A DNA stretch of 64,000 bases from Vampirovibrionaceae bacterium NZW_1234 (lineage in GTDB: Bacteria > Cyanobacteriota > Vampirovibrionia > Vampirovibrionales > JAGQHJ01). Each line of letters opens with the position of its first letter. Position 1 is the first letter of the stretch. The notes beneath the pieces were generated by a model, which saw nothing but the letters and a program-made list of their open reading frames with translations, was not told the origin of the DNA and did not search any database. The translations under genes and the position numbers were made by a program. The stretch covers positions 113,741-177,740 of the forward strand of contig JBGUGD010000001.1 in assembly GCA_041697335.1 (NCBI GenBank), given 5' to 3'. Below are positions 1 to 9,672 of the stretch, piece after piece.

Positions 1-1
1 A

Positions 2-67
2 GAAGTTCTGGCCCCCATTCCCGCTGCCTCCGTTGAGACCCGAGTTGCTGAGCCGGCGATTTCTTAA
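2..67 (+). CDS. Possible 3' end of a CDS entering from the left edge (partial)
   Basis: Open frame EVLAPIPAASVETRVAEPAIS ending in TAA at 65-67, convergent with the next gene. Confidence 0.3.
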   Translation, partial: EVLAPIPAASVETRVAEPAIS

Positions 68-72
68 GGCCG

Positions 73-600
73 CTATTTTTTCAGGTACGAAATTAAATTT
101 TTCACAATCGCTTTGTGTTCTGGTGAATGCAGATTCTGCATGAAGGCTGGATCGTTTTCTGCCTTGCTCACCAAGCTGCGCTGGGCCTGAGCCGCGTTGA
201 CCTGGGCAATAAATTGCTGGAACTGGGCCGGATCTTTGGCAATGGTTTTGGTTAATTCCTGATACTCTTCCCAGGTGAGGCCCTTGGCGGCCAGAATTTG
301 TTTGATCTGACCTTCCGAGCGCAGGGATGAAGGCGTATAGTATGTTGGCTTTAAGACGGCCGATAATTCTTCGACGTTGGTGTTGCCATTAAAGCTTTCC
401 AACAAGAGATTAACGGCTTGGTTTTTGCCACCGCCACCGTGATAGGACACGGTTTGTGTGGTGCTTTGAAACAGGTCCGGATAAATGTCGGCGTAAGCCT
501 TCATTTTTTCCGGAGAAACCCCCATCGCCCAAGATTGGGCGATGATTAACACACTGAACCCTACCGACATGACACTTTTGCCAATCCAGCCTGTCATCAT
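73..600 (-). CDS. Secreted hypothetical protein, possibly DUF4168-like
   Basis: ATG at 600 with AAGGA RBS; signal-peptide-like N-terminus ending AQSWA; VSPEKMKAYA and GLTWEEYQEL..IAKDP motifs resemble DUF4168. Confidence 0.65.
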   Translation of the reverse strand: MMTGWIGKSVMSVGFSVLIIAQSWAMGVSPEKMKAYADIYPDLFQSTTQTVSYHGGGGKNQAVNLLLESFNGNTNVEELSAVLKPTYYTPSSLRSEGQIKQILAAKGLTWEEYQELTKTIAKDPAQFQQFIAQVNAAQAQRSLVSKAENDPAFMQNLHSPEHKAIVKNLISYLKK

Positions 601-1723
601 CCAGCCATTTCCTTCTAGCGTTTGCTCAATGAAGATATAGCCCGTATCGGACGGACGTTTGCAAAACTTCAGTAATCCTGACTCCCTGATCACAATTTGT
701 AACATGTTTCAAGTCCGTGCGATTGCTCGTCTGGGCGATTTTTCCAGGGCCTGGGAGCCCTTTGGAGAGACAGTGCTGACTGGGGTCGTGATTATTGAGA
801 TGTGGGGGTGGATGTGGACAAGGGAAAAAGGGTTGGCTTGGAGCGGCAACGAAACCCCATGTGAGGCAATTTCACCGTGCGGACAATTTGTCCGCACGGT
901 GATTTTCAGACCGGCATGGTTTTCAGAGGGGGTATTGGCGTGTAAGGTATCGAGTTGGGGCATTCTTGAAACCTTCTTGATAGGATTTTAGTGTTATTAT
1001 TCCCACTGGGTAATGTTTTTAAACGTGTATTTTGGGTAAATTAGCCTTTATATAAGCTTTTTTCCTGATTTGTTTGTGAAATTGCTTTTAAAAGTGGTGT
1101 CTTCGCCCAGGGTAATCCAACGGATTTGCGTTGCCGATCCATTGGGAATACACCGTTGGGCGGTTGGAGTGATAATGGCGATAAGCCTCTTGTGGAGGGC
1201 GTTTTTAAGATTTACTTAATGCAACATCGGCGTGTTTTTTGTTTTTAATTTATTACAGTCTTTAGAAGGACAAGTTGTCTGGCTTGCGGACTGTTCCAGT
1301 TGCAGTTTTTGGAGGATCGTCCTTTCGTACAAGGTTATGTGTGTGCGCGAAAATAATGCGTGTGTGCGTCTTACGTGCTTTCCCAAAAAGTCCAGGCCGA
1401 TTTTTCGAGCTTGTGAGTTTATCCGGTTTTTTCTCTAATCAATAAGGTTATGGACCGAGCATCTGGGGTAATAAGGCCGTGTGCCAACATTTTCCTGGAT
1501 GTGCATGAGATTGAAACAGAAACAGAATAGGTGCTTTCGCCTTCTGCAGGCCGCCATGTCCATCGGCATCCGCCCTGGGCAGGCTAACCGGCGGTGCGTT
1601 GTCAAGTGTGCTTTCTCCCCTGAAGTCACTGCTGAAGCCTACTGATTGCTGCTGAACTCTCATGCATTCGGCAGCTTTTTTTTGTCCTTTGTGTCATGAG
1701 GGTGTGGGGCAGCGTGATAGGTG

Positions 1724-2737
1724 TCAGTCAACGTTGATGACAATCTTTCCGAAATGTCGGCCACTTTGGAGGTACTCAAAGGCCGAAACAGCCTCTTCAA
1801 AGGGGAAGATTCGGTCGATGACGGGATGAATGGGGAGCTGGCTCAAGGCCTTGTTCATGGCTTCAAAAGAGGCTTTGGAGGCCACATAGATCCCCTGGAG
1901 CCGGATACGTTTCATCAGAACCGGTAGCACATTCAATTGGGATGCGGCACCGGAGAGGATGCCGATGACATGGATAGCTCCCTGATGGCGAACGGCATTC
2001 ATCGAGAGGCTTAAGGTGTTGGCCCCACCCACCTCAATGACATGATCGACGCCCTGGCCTTCGGTCAGATCCAGCACGGCCCGATCCCATTGCGGCGTCG
2101 TGACATAGTTGAGGATCTCATCGGCTCCCAGGGTTTTGGCCCGAGCGAGCTTTTCGTCACTGCTCGACAGGAGAATTGTACGGGCCCCTATGGCCTTGGC
2201 CAATTGCAGTGCAAAGAGGGAGACCCCACCTGTACCTTGAATCAGCACGGTGTCACCGGGTTTAAGCTGACCTTCATCCACCAGGGCGCTCCAGGCCGTC
2301 AGGGCGGCTATGGGCAAGGTGGCCGCCTCCTGAAAATTCAGATGCTCAGGAATCGCCACGACACCGGTTTCCGGCAAAATGACATGCTCGGCCAGAAGGC
2401 CGTCCAATGGTCCTCCCAAGGTGGCTTTGGCTTTCTCCCGGGTGAGCCCGCCCTCGAACCAGCGCTGGGCGAATAGCCCCATGACCCGATCGCCCACCTT
2501 GACCTGGCTCACGCCAGGGCCTACGGCGTCAATGACACCCGCACCATCCGAGACCGGAATCAGGGGGAGAGGTTGTTTCGGGTTGTAGAGACCTTGAACC
2601 ATCAGCAGATCCCGGTAATTAAGCGAAGTGGCTTTGACCTGGACCCGAACTTCGCCAGGCCCGGGACTGGGGGTGGGGCGTTCAGTTATGGCCAGTGCGT
2701 CCAACCCAAAGGCGTGTTGCAGTTCCCAGACGCGCAT
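1724..2737 (-). CDS. Zn-type alcohol dehydrogenase / NAD(P)H:quinone oxidoreductase (MDR family)
   Basis: SLNYRD, PVSDGAG, LIQGTGGVS nucleotide-binding motif, C-terminal HFGKIVI. Confidence 0.93.
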   Translation of the reverse strand: MRVWELQHAFGLDALAITERPTPSPGPGEVRVQVKATSLNYRDLLMVQGLYNPKQPLPLIPVSDGAGVIDAVGPGVSQVKVGDRVMGLFAQRWFEGGLTREKAKATLGGPLDGLLAEHVILPETGVVAIPEHLNFQEAATLPIAALTAWSALVDEGQLKPGDTVLIQGTGGVSLFALQLAKAIGARTILLSSSDEKLARAKTLGADEILNYVTTPQWDRAVLDLTEGQGVDHVIEVGGANTLSLSMNAVRHQGAIHVIGILSGAASQLNVLPVLMKRIRLQGIYVASKASFEAMNKALSQLPIHPVIDRIFPFEEAVSAFEYLQSGRHFGKIVINVD

Positions 2738-2972
2738 CAGCAGAATTCCTTTTCCGATTCTTGATAATGCGACTAGCTTATCACTGCTTGCCCGCTTTGT
2801 CAGTGGATGGATACTGATACCGGATTCACACCAAACACGGGGCGTGTAGCGATGATGACAACCTCGTGTTATTTGTGTTGATAACGGATTCGGCCAGGCT
2901 CAAAACATTCGAATTTGGATATTCAAGGACTGGCGTGGACTATTCCATGGGGATTCTTGTCTTGGGGGATTC

Positions 2973-3644
2973 TCATCCTGAGGTTTGGGAGCGGTTTGAA
3001 TCCCCTAACAATTGGGCGAGGCGTTGTTCGAGCTTAAGCCAGTCTCCTGCAAGCTGGAGCAGGCCTGACACGCGTGATCCGATCGGCCTCGGTTGTCTCG
3101 GCTGAGAATCGGCCCGTTGTCCTCCAATACCAGAGTCTTGGTCAGTAAAGCGCTGGCCTTGCCTTTCTGACAGTCTTTGGGAGGAGTTGGAATTGCCTAA
3201 CAACTGGGCGAGGCGTTGCTCGAGCTTAAGCCAGTCTCCTGCGAGCTGGAGCATGTTTGACACGCGTGATCCGATTTGCCTTGCTTGTCTCGGTCGAGAA
3301 CCAGCCCGTTGCCCGGCAGGATCAGAGCCCTGTTCAGAAAAGAGCCGGCCCTGTGTTTGTGGCAGGCTTGGGGATGCGAATGGGTCAACCCGGGGTTGAC
3401 TCAACAACCCCGGATTCGTTCTTTGCCAATTATTTTCAAGGCGTTGTTGTATCTCGAAATAATCCTGGACCTGGCCTAAAGCACGTGAGATGTTAAACCC
3501 TTGGGGGGTATACATATCCGAGGGGAAAAAGCCAGTTTGTGCTACGTCTTGAACAGCAGCCCAATTGCTGAGTTTTTCCAGCTCCCGGCTCAGGCGACCC
3601 CAGGGCGTCGATCCCATGAAGGAATTGTTGGCATTGCCAAACAT
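2973..3644 (-). CDS. Hypothetical Q/S/R-rich protein with an internal 64-aa duplication
   Basis: 223-aa ORF with AAGGAG RBS; LQLAGDWLKLEQRLAQLLG occurs twice. Confidence 0.65.
   Translation of the reverse strand: MFGNANNSFMGSTPWGRLSRELEKLSNWAAVQDVAQTGFFPSDMYTPQGFNISRALGQVQDYFEIQQRLENNWQRTNPGLLSQPRVDPFASPSLPQTQGRLFSEQGSDPAGQRAGSRPRQARQIGSRVSNMLQLAGDWLKLEQRLAQLLGNSNSSQRLSERQGQRFTDQDSGIGGQRADSQPRQPRPIGSRVSGLLQLAGDWLKLEQRLAQLLGDSNRSQTSG
2987..3330. repeat. Tandem 192-bp-period duplication within a CDS
   Basis: cctaaca..gggcgaggcgttg..cgagcttaagccagtctcctgc starts at 3004 and again at 3196. Confidence 0.9.
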
Positions 3645-3711
3645 GCGGGGCTCCTTCCATAGCTTATATCAATGTTTGGAAATAGACGGGAGATGATGTG
3701 CCAATTGCTTT

Positions 3712-4386
3712 CTAGGTCAATAATTCAGCTAATCCCTGAACGAGAGGGTTCTCGCCGCCGGGACGGCCGCCTTCACCTTGGCCGCCTTCGCCCATGATGC
3801 GCTCAAGTAAGCCGTTTAGAAGTTGACCCAGAATGCCTTCCGGTCCGTTGCCATTTCCGGCGCCACGGCCACCCCCGCCATTCTGGTTGGGAATCTGGTT
3901 TGGATCCATATTCTGCCGCAGGAACTGCCGGGCTTCGTCGTCATCCATTTCATCGGCCATATCTTCGGCCGTATCGCGATCGACGCCCATTTGTTGTTCC
4001 AGCACCCGGGCCACTTCGTCTTCCAGATCGTCGTCATCAATGTTATTGACGCGTTGCTCAATGGCATCCTGATCGATGCGATCCTGAAGCAGGGCGGCGG
4101 TTAGCTGGCGTAATGCCTGCATTTCCGCCTCCTGAGCGGCCTGGTTGTTATTGTTGGCCCGCCCTTGTCCGGCGTTGGCGTTGTTGTTGGCATTGCCGTT
4201 GCCTTGAACATTATTATTGTTGTTATTGGCATTGTTGTTATTGTTGGTGTTTTCTTCGGGCCCACCCATGCGGTCTTCCATGGCATCCAGACGGTTGTTC
4301 ATCCGATCCATGCCCCGTTGCAGATTTTGGGCCATATCTTGCCATGCCGCAGCATTGTTTCCGTTAATTATGACGTTACCAGCCAT
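3712..4386 (-). CDS. Hypothetical N/G/Q/D-rich, Cys-free protein
   Basis: ATG at 4386 preceded by GAGGAG; poly-Asn tracts and Leu-rich helices (GILGQLLNGLLERIMG). Confidence 0.75.
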   Translation of the reverse strand: MAGNVIINGNNAAAWQDMAQNLQRGMDRMNNRLDAMEDRMGGPEENTNNNNNANNNNNNVQGNGNANNNANAGQGRANNNNQAAQEAEMQALRQLTAALLQDRIDQDAIEQRVNNIDDDDLEDEVARVLEQQMGVDRDTAEDMADEMDDDEARQFLRQNMDPNQIPNQNGGGGRGAGNGNGPEGILGQLLNGLLERIMGEGGQGEGGRPGGENPLVQGLAELLT

Positions 4387-4736
4387 TTGTCGCTCCTCAC
4401 ACGCGTAACTATCTTCTGCCACCGATATCGGTGTCATAAACACTAACGAACCTACATCCTAAGCGTATAAAAACAAACGTTAAAATTTTTTTGACAGCTT
4501 TTTTTAGAATTTTTTTCATCCACTTAAGACGGCTTAAGAATTGGGGGCATATGGGGAGGTCGGGGGGAGACGGGGCTCTGCCTGTTTTTTTTACACGTCT
4601 CTCACACGTTTCTCGCAGGGACAAAGGCGGGTTCTGCTATCAGTGTCGACTGTGGACGCATGGTCGGGTTATCAGGCTTGTTGGTGAGGGACCTGGCTGA
4701 GGCAGCTCACTTTTTTTGCCGCTACTCAGGAAATGC

Positions 4737-4765
4737 TTGACGTGCCCGAGTGGAGTTGTTATTTT
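4737..4765 (+). promoter_or_regulatory. sigma70-type promoter of tRNA-Lys
   Basis: TTGACG (4737-4742), 17-bp spacer, TG-extended TATTTT (4760-4765), 24 bp before the tRNA. Confidence 0.7.
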
Positions 4766-4789
4766 GTGTAAGACTTGATTATGTCTTGT

Positions 4790-4861
4790 GCGTCCTTAGC
4801 TCAGCGGTAGAGCACTCCCCTTTTAAGGGATAGGTCCTGAGTTCGAATCTCAGAGGACGCA
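4790..4861 (+). tRNA. tRNA-Lys (anticodon UUU), CCA not encoded
   Basis: Acceptor stem GCGTCCT/AGGACGC, D-arm GCTC/GAGC, anticodon loop CTTTTAA, T-arm CTGAG-TTCGAAT-CTCAG, discriminator A. Confidence 0.96.
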
Positions 4862-4927
4862 TTTTCCCCTCCATATAAGGTTGTGTATGCGCCCCAATGA
4901 AGACGTTGTGGGTGCGTTTTTTTGCTT

Positions 4928-6568
4928 TTAAAGAACGTCGAGTGCCGGGGCGATGGGAGAAAAACTGTCGGGGTTGGCGCGATGCCAGTCTTTTCGAAAG
5001 CTCGCAGGAATTGGGTCTTTAAGCAGGCTATCGGGGGCAAGATAGTCATAAATGTAGCTTAAGGGGAGCACATGGGTTGGGCTGATGCGGCGTTGGATAT
5101 GGAAAGGTTGAAGCTCCGAGGGGTGCGATAGTCCGGCTGCAGCGAGGATCTCCATAAAGGCATGGACCGTGCCGTCGTGGAAATTCTGGACCCGCCGCCA
5201 TTTGTCTTCCACAACCAGGCCTTTGACCAGATCCGGATTTTGGGTGGCCACCCCGGTTGGGCAAGTGTTGGCATGGCACTGCAAGGCTTGAATACAGCCC
5301 AAGGCAAACATCATACCTCGGGCGGAATTGCACAAGTCGGCACCCATGGCGATTTTTGACGCGATATGAAACCCGGTGGTTACTTTGCCGCTGGCTATGA
5401 GGCGAATATGTTGGCGCAACCCACAGCCGACCAGGGCGCTATGAACAAAGGTCAAAGCGTCATCCAGGGGGGTGCCTACGGAATCGGAAAACTCCAGGGG
5501 AGCAGCCCCGGTTCCGCCTTCACCGCCATCGACGGTAATAAAATCAGGATAAATGCCTGTCTCCAGCATGGCTTTGCAGATGGCCAGAAACTCATGCCGA
5601 TGGCCCAGGCACAGTTTGAAGCCGATGGGCTTGCCGTCGGACAGTGTGCGCAGGCGATCAATAAACAGCAACAACTCACGCGGTGTGGAAAAAGCCGAGT
5701 GCCACGGTGGGGACAGAACATCTTCTCCCATGGGCACCAGACGGATGGACGCAATCTCGGGTGTGATTTTTTCCTTGGGCAAAATCCCCCCGTGGCCGGG
5801 CTTGGCTCCCTGGGAGAGTTTGATCTCAATCATTTTAATTTGGGGCAGGGCGGCTTTTTCCTGGAAACGATCCGGGCAAAAGGCGCCGTCCGGGGTACGG
5901 CAGCTGAAATAGCCGGTGCCAATCTGCCAGATGAGATCCCCACCGGGCTCCAGGTGGTAAGGGCTGAGGCCCCCTTCGCCGGTGTTATGGGCAAACCCAC
6001 CGGCTTTGGCGCCTTTATTCAAGGCCAGAACGGCATTTTTGCTGAGGGCACCATAACTCATGGCTGAAATATTGAAAATGGAGGCATCGTAAGGCTGGGT
6101 GCACTGAGGCCCCCCGACGCGAATGCGAAAGGGTTCCGTTGGCATGGGTTTTGGGCTTAGGGCGTGGTTGATCCATTCATAGCCGATGTCATAGACATTG
6201 CGCTTGGTGCCGAAGGGATGGGTGTTCAGATCTTTCTTGGCCCGTTGATAAATGTTGGCCCGTTTCACTCGATCGAAGGGGCGTCCGTCGATGTCGGATT
6301 CGATGAAATATTGGTTGATTTCCGGGCGAATGGATTCCAATAAATAACGCCCATGGCCCAGGATCGGGAAATTCCGGAGCACGGCATGGCGCTTTTGAAA
6401 GACATCATGAAGGCCTACGCCAATGAGCGGCAAGGCCAGAGCATAGGCAAAGCGAGCTGCCGGCCAGGCAATGGCCCACGTCTCGATGCTTAACAGGGAG
6501 ATGGCCGATGCGAAATAAAAAATACGCCGGATGGGAATTTTCCCGAACACCGCTGCTCTGCTCCACAC
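4928..6568 (-). CDS. FMN-binding glutamate synthase family protein (YerD/GltB2-like)
   Basis: ISAMSYGALS, HNTGEGG, EIKLSQGAKPGHGG, VDGGEGGTGAAP and CIQALQCHANTCPTG motifs; N-terminal TM segments. Confidence 0.93.
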   Translation of the reverse strand: MWSRAAVFGKIPIRRIFYFASAISLLSIETWAIAWPAARFAYALALPLIGVGLHDVFQKRHAVLRNFPILGHGRYLLESIRPEINQYFIESDIDGRPFDRVKRANIYQRAKKDLNTHPFGTKRNVYDIGYEWINHALSPKPMPTEPFRIRVGGPQCTQPYDASIFNISAMSYGALSKNAVLALNKGAKAGGFAHNTGEGGLSPYHLEPGGDLIWQIGTGYFSCRTPDGAFCPDRFQEKAALPQIKMIEIKLSQGAKPGHGGILPKEKITPEIASIRLVPMGEDVLSPPWHSAFSTPRELLLFIDRLRTLSDGKPIGFKLCLGHRHEFLAICKAMLETGIYPDFITVDGGEGGTGAAPLEFSDSVGTPLDDALTFVHSALVGCGLRQHIRLIASGKVTTGFHIASKIAMGADLCNSARGMMFALGCIQALQCHANTCPTGVATQNPDLVKGLVVEDKWRRVQNFHDGTVHAFMEILAAAGLSHPSELQPFHIQRRISPTHVLPLSYIYDYLAPDSLLKDPIPASFRKDWHRANPDSFSPIAPALDVL

Positions 6569-6824
6569 CTTAAGGACTGTTCCTTCAGTTTACGAAAGCG
6601 ACCATGCAAGGGAATCCTTCTTTTGGTGGAGCCAGGGTGCAGCCAAATGGCTACGGTCTTAAGAATGACTTAAGAATTGGGGTAACAACAAGGGGGCAAA
6701 TTATTGTTTTTATAACAGTATCTCATTGGTTGAAGAGACCGTGAACCGTGAATCGAAGAATCGGCACATCTAAATCCCCGTGCTGGTTTGAAATATCGGA
6801 TATTGTGCTGGAGGAAACAATACA

Positions 6825-7322
6825 ATGGCTTTTGGTAATCTTCGAGGTGTCCCTCAACGGCAACCCAGTGTCAACGGTGGCAACAACCCCATGATGCCTG
6901 ACATGACCAATGGTGCCAATGGCAACAATTTAATGGCGCAGCTCATTAATAGTCCATCGGCCAACCCAGGAGCACGTCCTGCTGGCGATGGCCAGGCGCC
7001 CGGAGGCGGTAATGCCGGCATTGATCCGCGGCAGATGTTTCAGGATGTGCGTAGCTTTTTAACCGGTGGTGGTGGCTTGCCTGACTATCTGACCGGTGGG
7101 GCCCAAGGCGGCAACGCTGGGACGCCTACAAATCTGGGTGAGGGGCTGCGCGGCATTTTTGGCAATGGCTCGAATAACGGGGCCCAGACACCGGGTGCCG
7201 ATGCGTTGGCTCAGCGGCCTGGTGGTCCCAATTTAGGCCAGAACCCCGGGCTTCAGGCCATGGGTGACATCTTTGATATGACTCGGCGCCTGGATCTGCA
7301 ATCGGGGGCTTCCGGCATGTAA
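6825..7322 (+). CDS. Hypothetical G/N-rich, Cys-free protein
   Basis: 165-aa ORF with GGAGG RBS; low complexity. Confidence 0.7.
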   Translation: MAFGNLRGVPQRQPSVNGGNNPMMPDMTNGANGNNLMAQLINSPSANPGARPAGDGQAPGGGNAGIDPRQMFQDVRSFLTGGGGLPDYLTGGAQGGNAGTPTNLGEGLRGIFGNGSNNGAQTPGADALAQRPGGPNLGQNPGLQAMGDIFDMTRRLDLQSGASGM

Positions 7323-7701
7323 TCGCTTGCTATGCCTGCTTTGAAGGCCTACTGGGGCTTTTTACCGGGTTTTCTGATCCATTTCCATCGGGCCTGGTGA
7401 GTCACCGGAAAATAGGGATTGACACGCTTTTTCGGTATTCTTGTGTCAGGTTGGGCTTGGGATCTTAATGAATCCCTAATGTTTGACCTGACACAAATTA
7501 TTGCTTTGGGTGTTTTTATATAAACACAAGGTGAAAATAACTCACCGACTCCCAACTCTCTCTCTCGTTTCTCGTGTGTGTGATAAAAACCCCTTTTTTC
7601 ATCCCGAATGAATGATGCCGGATAAGCCCATTATCGTGTGCATTGTTTTTCCCTGATAAATCAACCGTGTGTATGTGTGTGTGTTAAGGAGGTTCTCTGA
7701 A

Positions 7702-8424
7702 ATGGTTATCGCTCGTCCAATCGGTGGTCGTCCCACGACCCCGCCCACTCGTCCTACGACGCCCCCCAGACCGACGACTCCCCCAACAACCCCGTCGCCA
7801 ACCACGCCGCCCGTGACCGGGACTAGCAATAACGGCGACCGGACGTTGATGCTTCAGATTTTATTGCTCCTGTTGCAAATGATTATGAAAATGCAGCAGA
7901 CCCCCCGCTTTCCCTTCGGTGCCGGCGGTGGTTATAACCGAGCCTTCGGTGGTGGTTTAAGCGCTGGCTCGGGAAGCAGTTCCTCTCCCCGGTTCCCGAA
8001 TTCGCTGTTCCCCTCGTTCAGCAATTCGCCGACCCTGCCTTTGGCGCCGCAACGCTTGGATTCCCCATTTCGAAATACCGGTGACCTGACCCTGGATCGC
8101 TTAGTTGCGCCAGGCACCCCGGTGGCTCCCAATGACTATAACAGCACGGATTTTCTGACCGGCTTGAGCCAGTTTACCTCGCCATTCGGGCGACAGGTTG
8201 GGCCCAACACCACGCTGGAAGAAGCCCGAAATGCAACGCTGGCCGTACAATCCTACCTGCCCAGCAATATCAACAAGCAGCTGAACCTTGGATTGTTGCT
8301 CACCCAGTTGAATGCACGGGATCCTCAGCCTCTGGATCAACCGGAATACGCCCAGGCGCTGTTCGACCTGACGGGTAACATTGACCCTCAAACCCAGGCG
8401 CTGTTCAGAATCCCCGGTTTCTAG
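7702..8424 (+). CDS. Hypothetical P/T-rich protein
   Basis: ATG at 7702 after AAGGAGG; (PTTPP)n repeats and an LMLQILLLLLQMIMKM helix. Confidence 0.75.
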   Translation: MVIARPIGGRPTTPPTRPTTPPRPTTPPTTPSPTTPPVTGTSNNGDRTLMLQILLLLLQMIMKMQQTPRFPFGAGGGYNRAFGGGLSAGSGSSSSPRFPNSLFPSFSNSPTLPLAPQRLDSPFRNTGDLTLDRLVAPGTPVAPNDYNSTDFLTGLSQFTSPFGRQVGPNTTLEEARNATLAVQSYLPSNINKQLNLGLLLTQLNARDPQPLDQPEYAQALFDLTGNIDPQTQALFRIPGF

Positions 8425-8712
8425 AATCAAGTTTTCGCTACCGTTACGAGTTCTCTTCTACAACAACACAACACAACAACACAACACAAATCAGGGTAAA
8501 TGAGATTCCTATAGTGTGGGAATAATGGGCTGTGTCGGGAGGTTTGGCCACGTGCCAGGCCTCCCGACTTATTTATTACAGAAGGCTGGACAATACCATT
8601 GAGAGTAACGCTGCTTCTGGAAAAGGACGCTTTGGCGCCAAGGGCTGATTGTTTTCGGCCAAGGAGTGTCGTACACTGAAATGCAGTTTTTCGCACCGTA
8701 ACTGAAGTTTGA

Positions 8713-9672
8713 ATGATGACCGCCTCAAAGCCCGATCCGACTCCAAATTCTCCTCGCCCGGTGTCCGGGGGACCTTTGATGCCAGGGGCCTCTCCTTCCG
8801 GGGCTGGTATCTTGCCGCTCTTTGCTGAGACATTCCTGTTGGTGGGCCGGTACTTTATTATTGTTTACCCGGTGTTTCTGTATTTCATTCTGAGCAGTTT
8901 TCTGCTGCCCCACACGACACCGGATTTCAGCCATTGGGCCTGGTGGGTTGTCAGCTTGGGCCTGGTCGCCATTTTGTATATTTTCAAGGCCGGCTGGAGT
9001 CTGATGATGTACCGGGCCGTGAAAGAATGGCAGGTGTTTCAGCAACGCTTACTGCAAGGACCAGTTGCCGACGCGGATGAGCCGTTTCCGCTACCCATGA
9101 TTCCTTTTTCCCTCCTAAAAGAGTTTATTCCCGGCATGGGACAATATGGCCTGACGTTTTTACTGGGCGGCATTCTTTGGGCGCTGTGCGTGATTACTCC
9201 CATCGGCCTGTTGGTTTGGGGAGCCTATCACTGGATTGGCAGTCCGGAGTTTATTTTGCCCTTGTATAACCAGAATACCCTCACGTTTCAAGACTTCCAG
9301 CAGTTTTGGGATCGCTTGCCGATGCATCAGAAAACCCAGTTGAGTCAATGGAACCTTGTCTCCATGGCGGCGATGGGGATTCTGTTCATCGTCAATGCCC
9401 TGACGCTGTATTGGCAACAATACGTGATTTTGAAAGACACCCATGCCTTTAAAGCCTTTTGGCTCAGTGCCCGGCGCGCCGTTCGGCACCCCTTCCAGAC
9501 GGTCCTGATTCTGGTTTATTTCTGGACCTTTTACCTGTTTTTCTCCCTGGTCGGGAATATGTCTGATGTGTTGGCCTTTTTGGGTATCTTCCTGCTGATT
9601 CTGACCATGGTCTACTTTGGTCTGTTCCTGTTTTTGTATCTTCTGCGGATCGATGCCGAAGCAACCCCCTGA
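8713..9672 (+). CDS. Multi-pass membrane protein of unknown function
   Basis: About 6 hydrophobic segments; its 3' end overlaps the miaA start. Confidence 0.8.
   Translation: MMTASKPDPTPNSPRPVSGGPLMPGASPSGAGILPLFAETFLLVGRYFIIVYPVFLYFILSSFLLPHTTPDFSHWAWWVVSLGLVAILYIFKAGWSLMMYRAVKEWQVFQQRLLQGPVADADEPFPLPMIPFSLLKEFIPGMGQYGLTFLLGGILWALCVITPIGLLVWGAYHWIGSPEFILPLYNQNTLTFQDFQQFWDRLPMHQKTQLSQWNLVSMAAMGILFIVNALTLYWQQYVILKDTHAFKAFWLSARRAVRHPFQTVLILVYFWTFYLFFSLVGNMSDVLAFLGIFLLILTMVYFGLFLFLYLLRIDAEATP

Noticed and set aside
3384..3413. Overlapping inverted repeats (GTCAACC/GGTTGAC; CCGGGGTTG/CAACCCCGG)
   Set aside because: Inside a CDS with no U-tract; probably incidental.
4790..4927. Integrative element at tRNA-Lys
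   Set aside because: No integrase and no duplicated tRNA 3' end noticed in the window.
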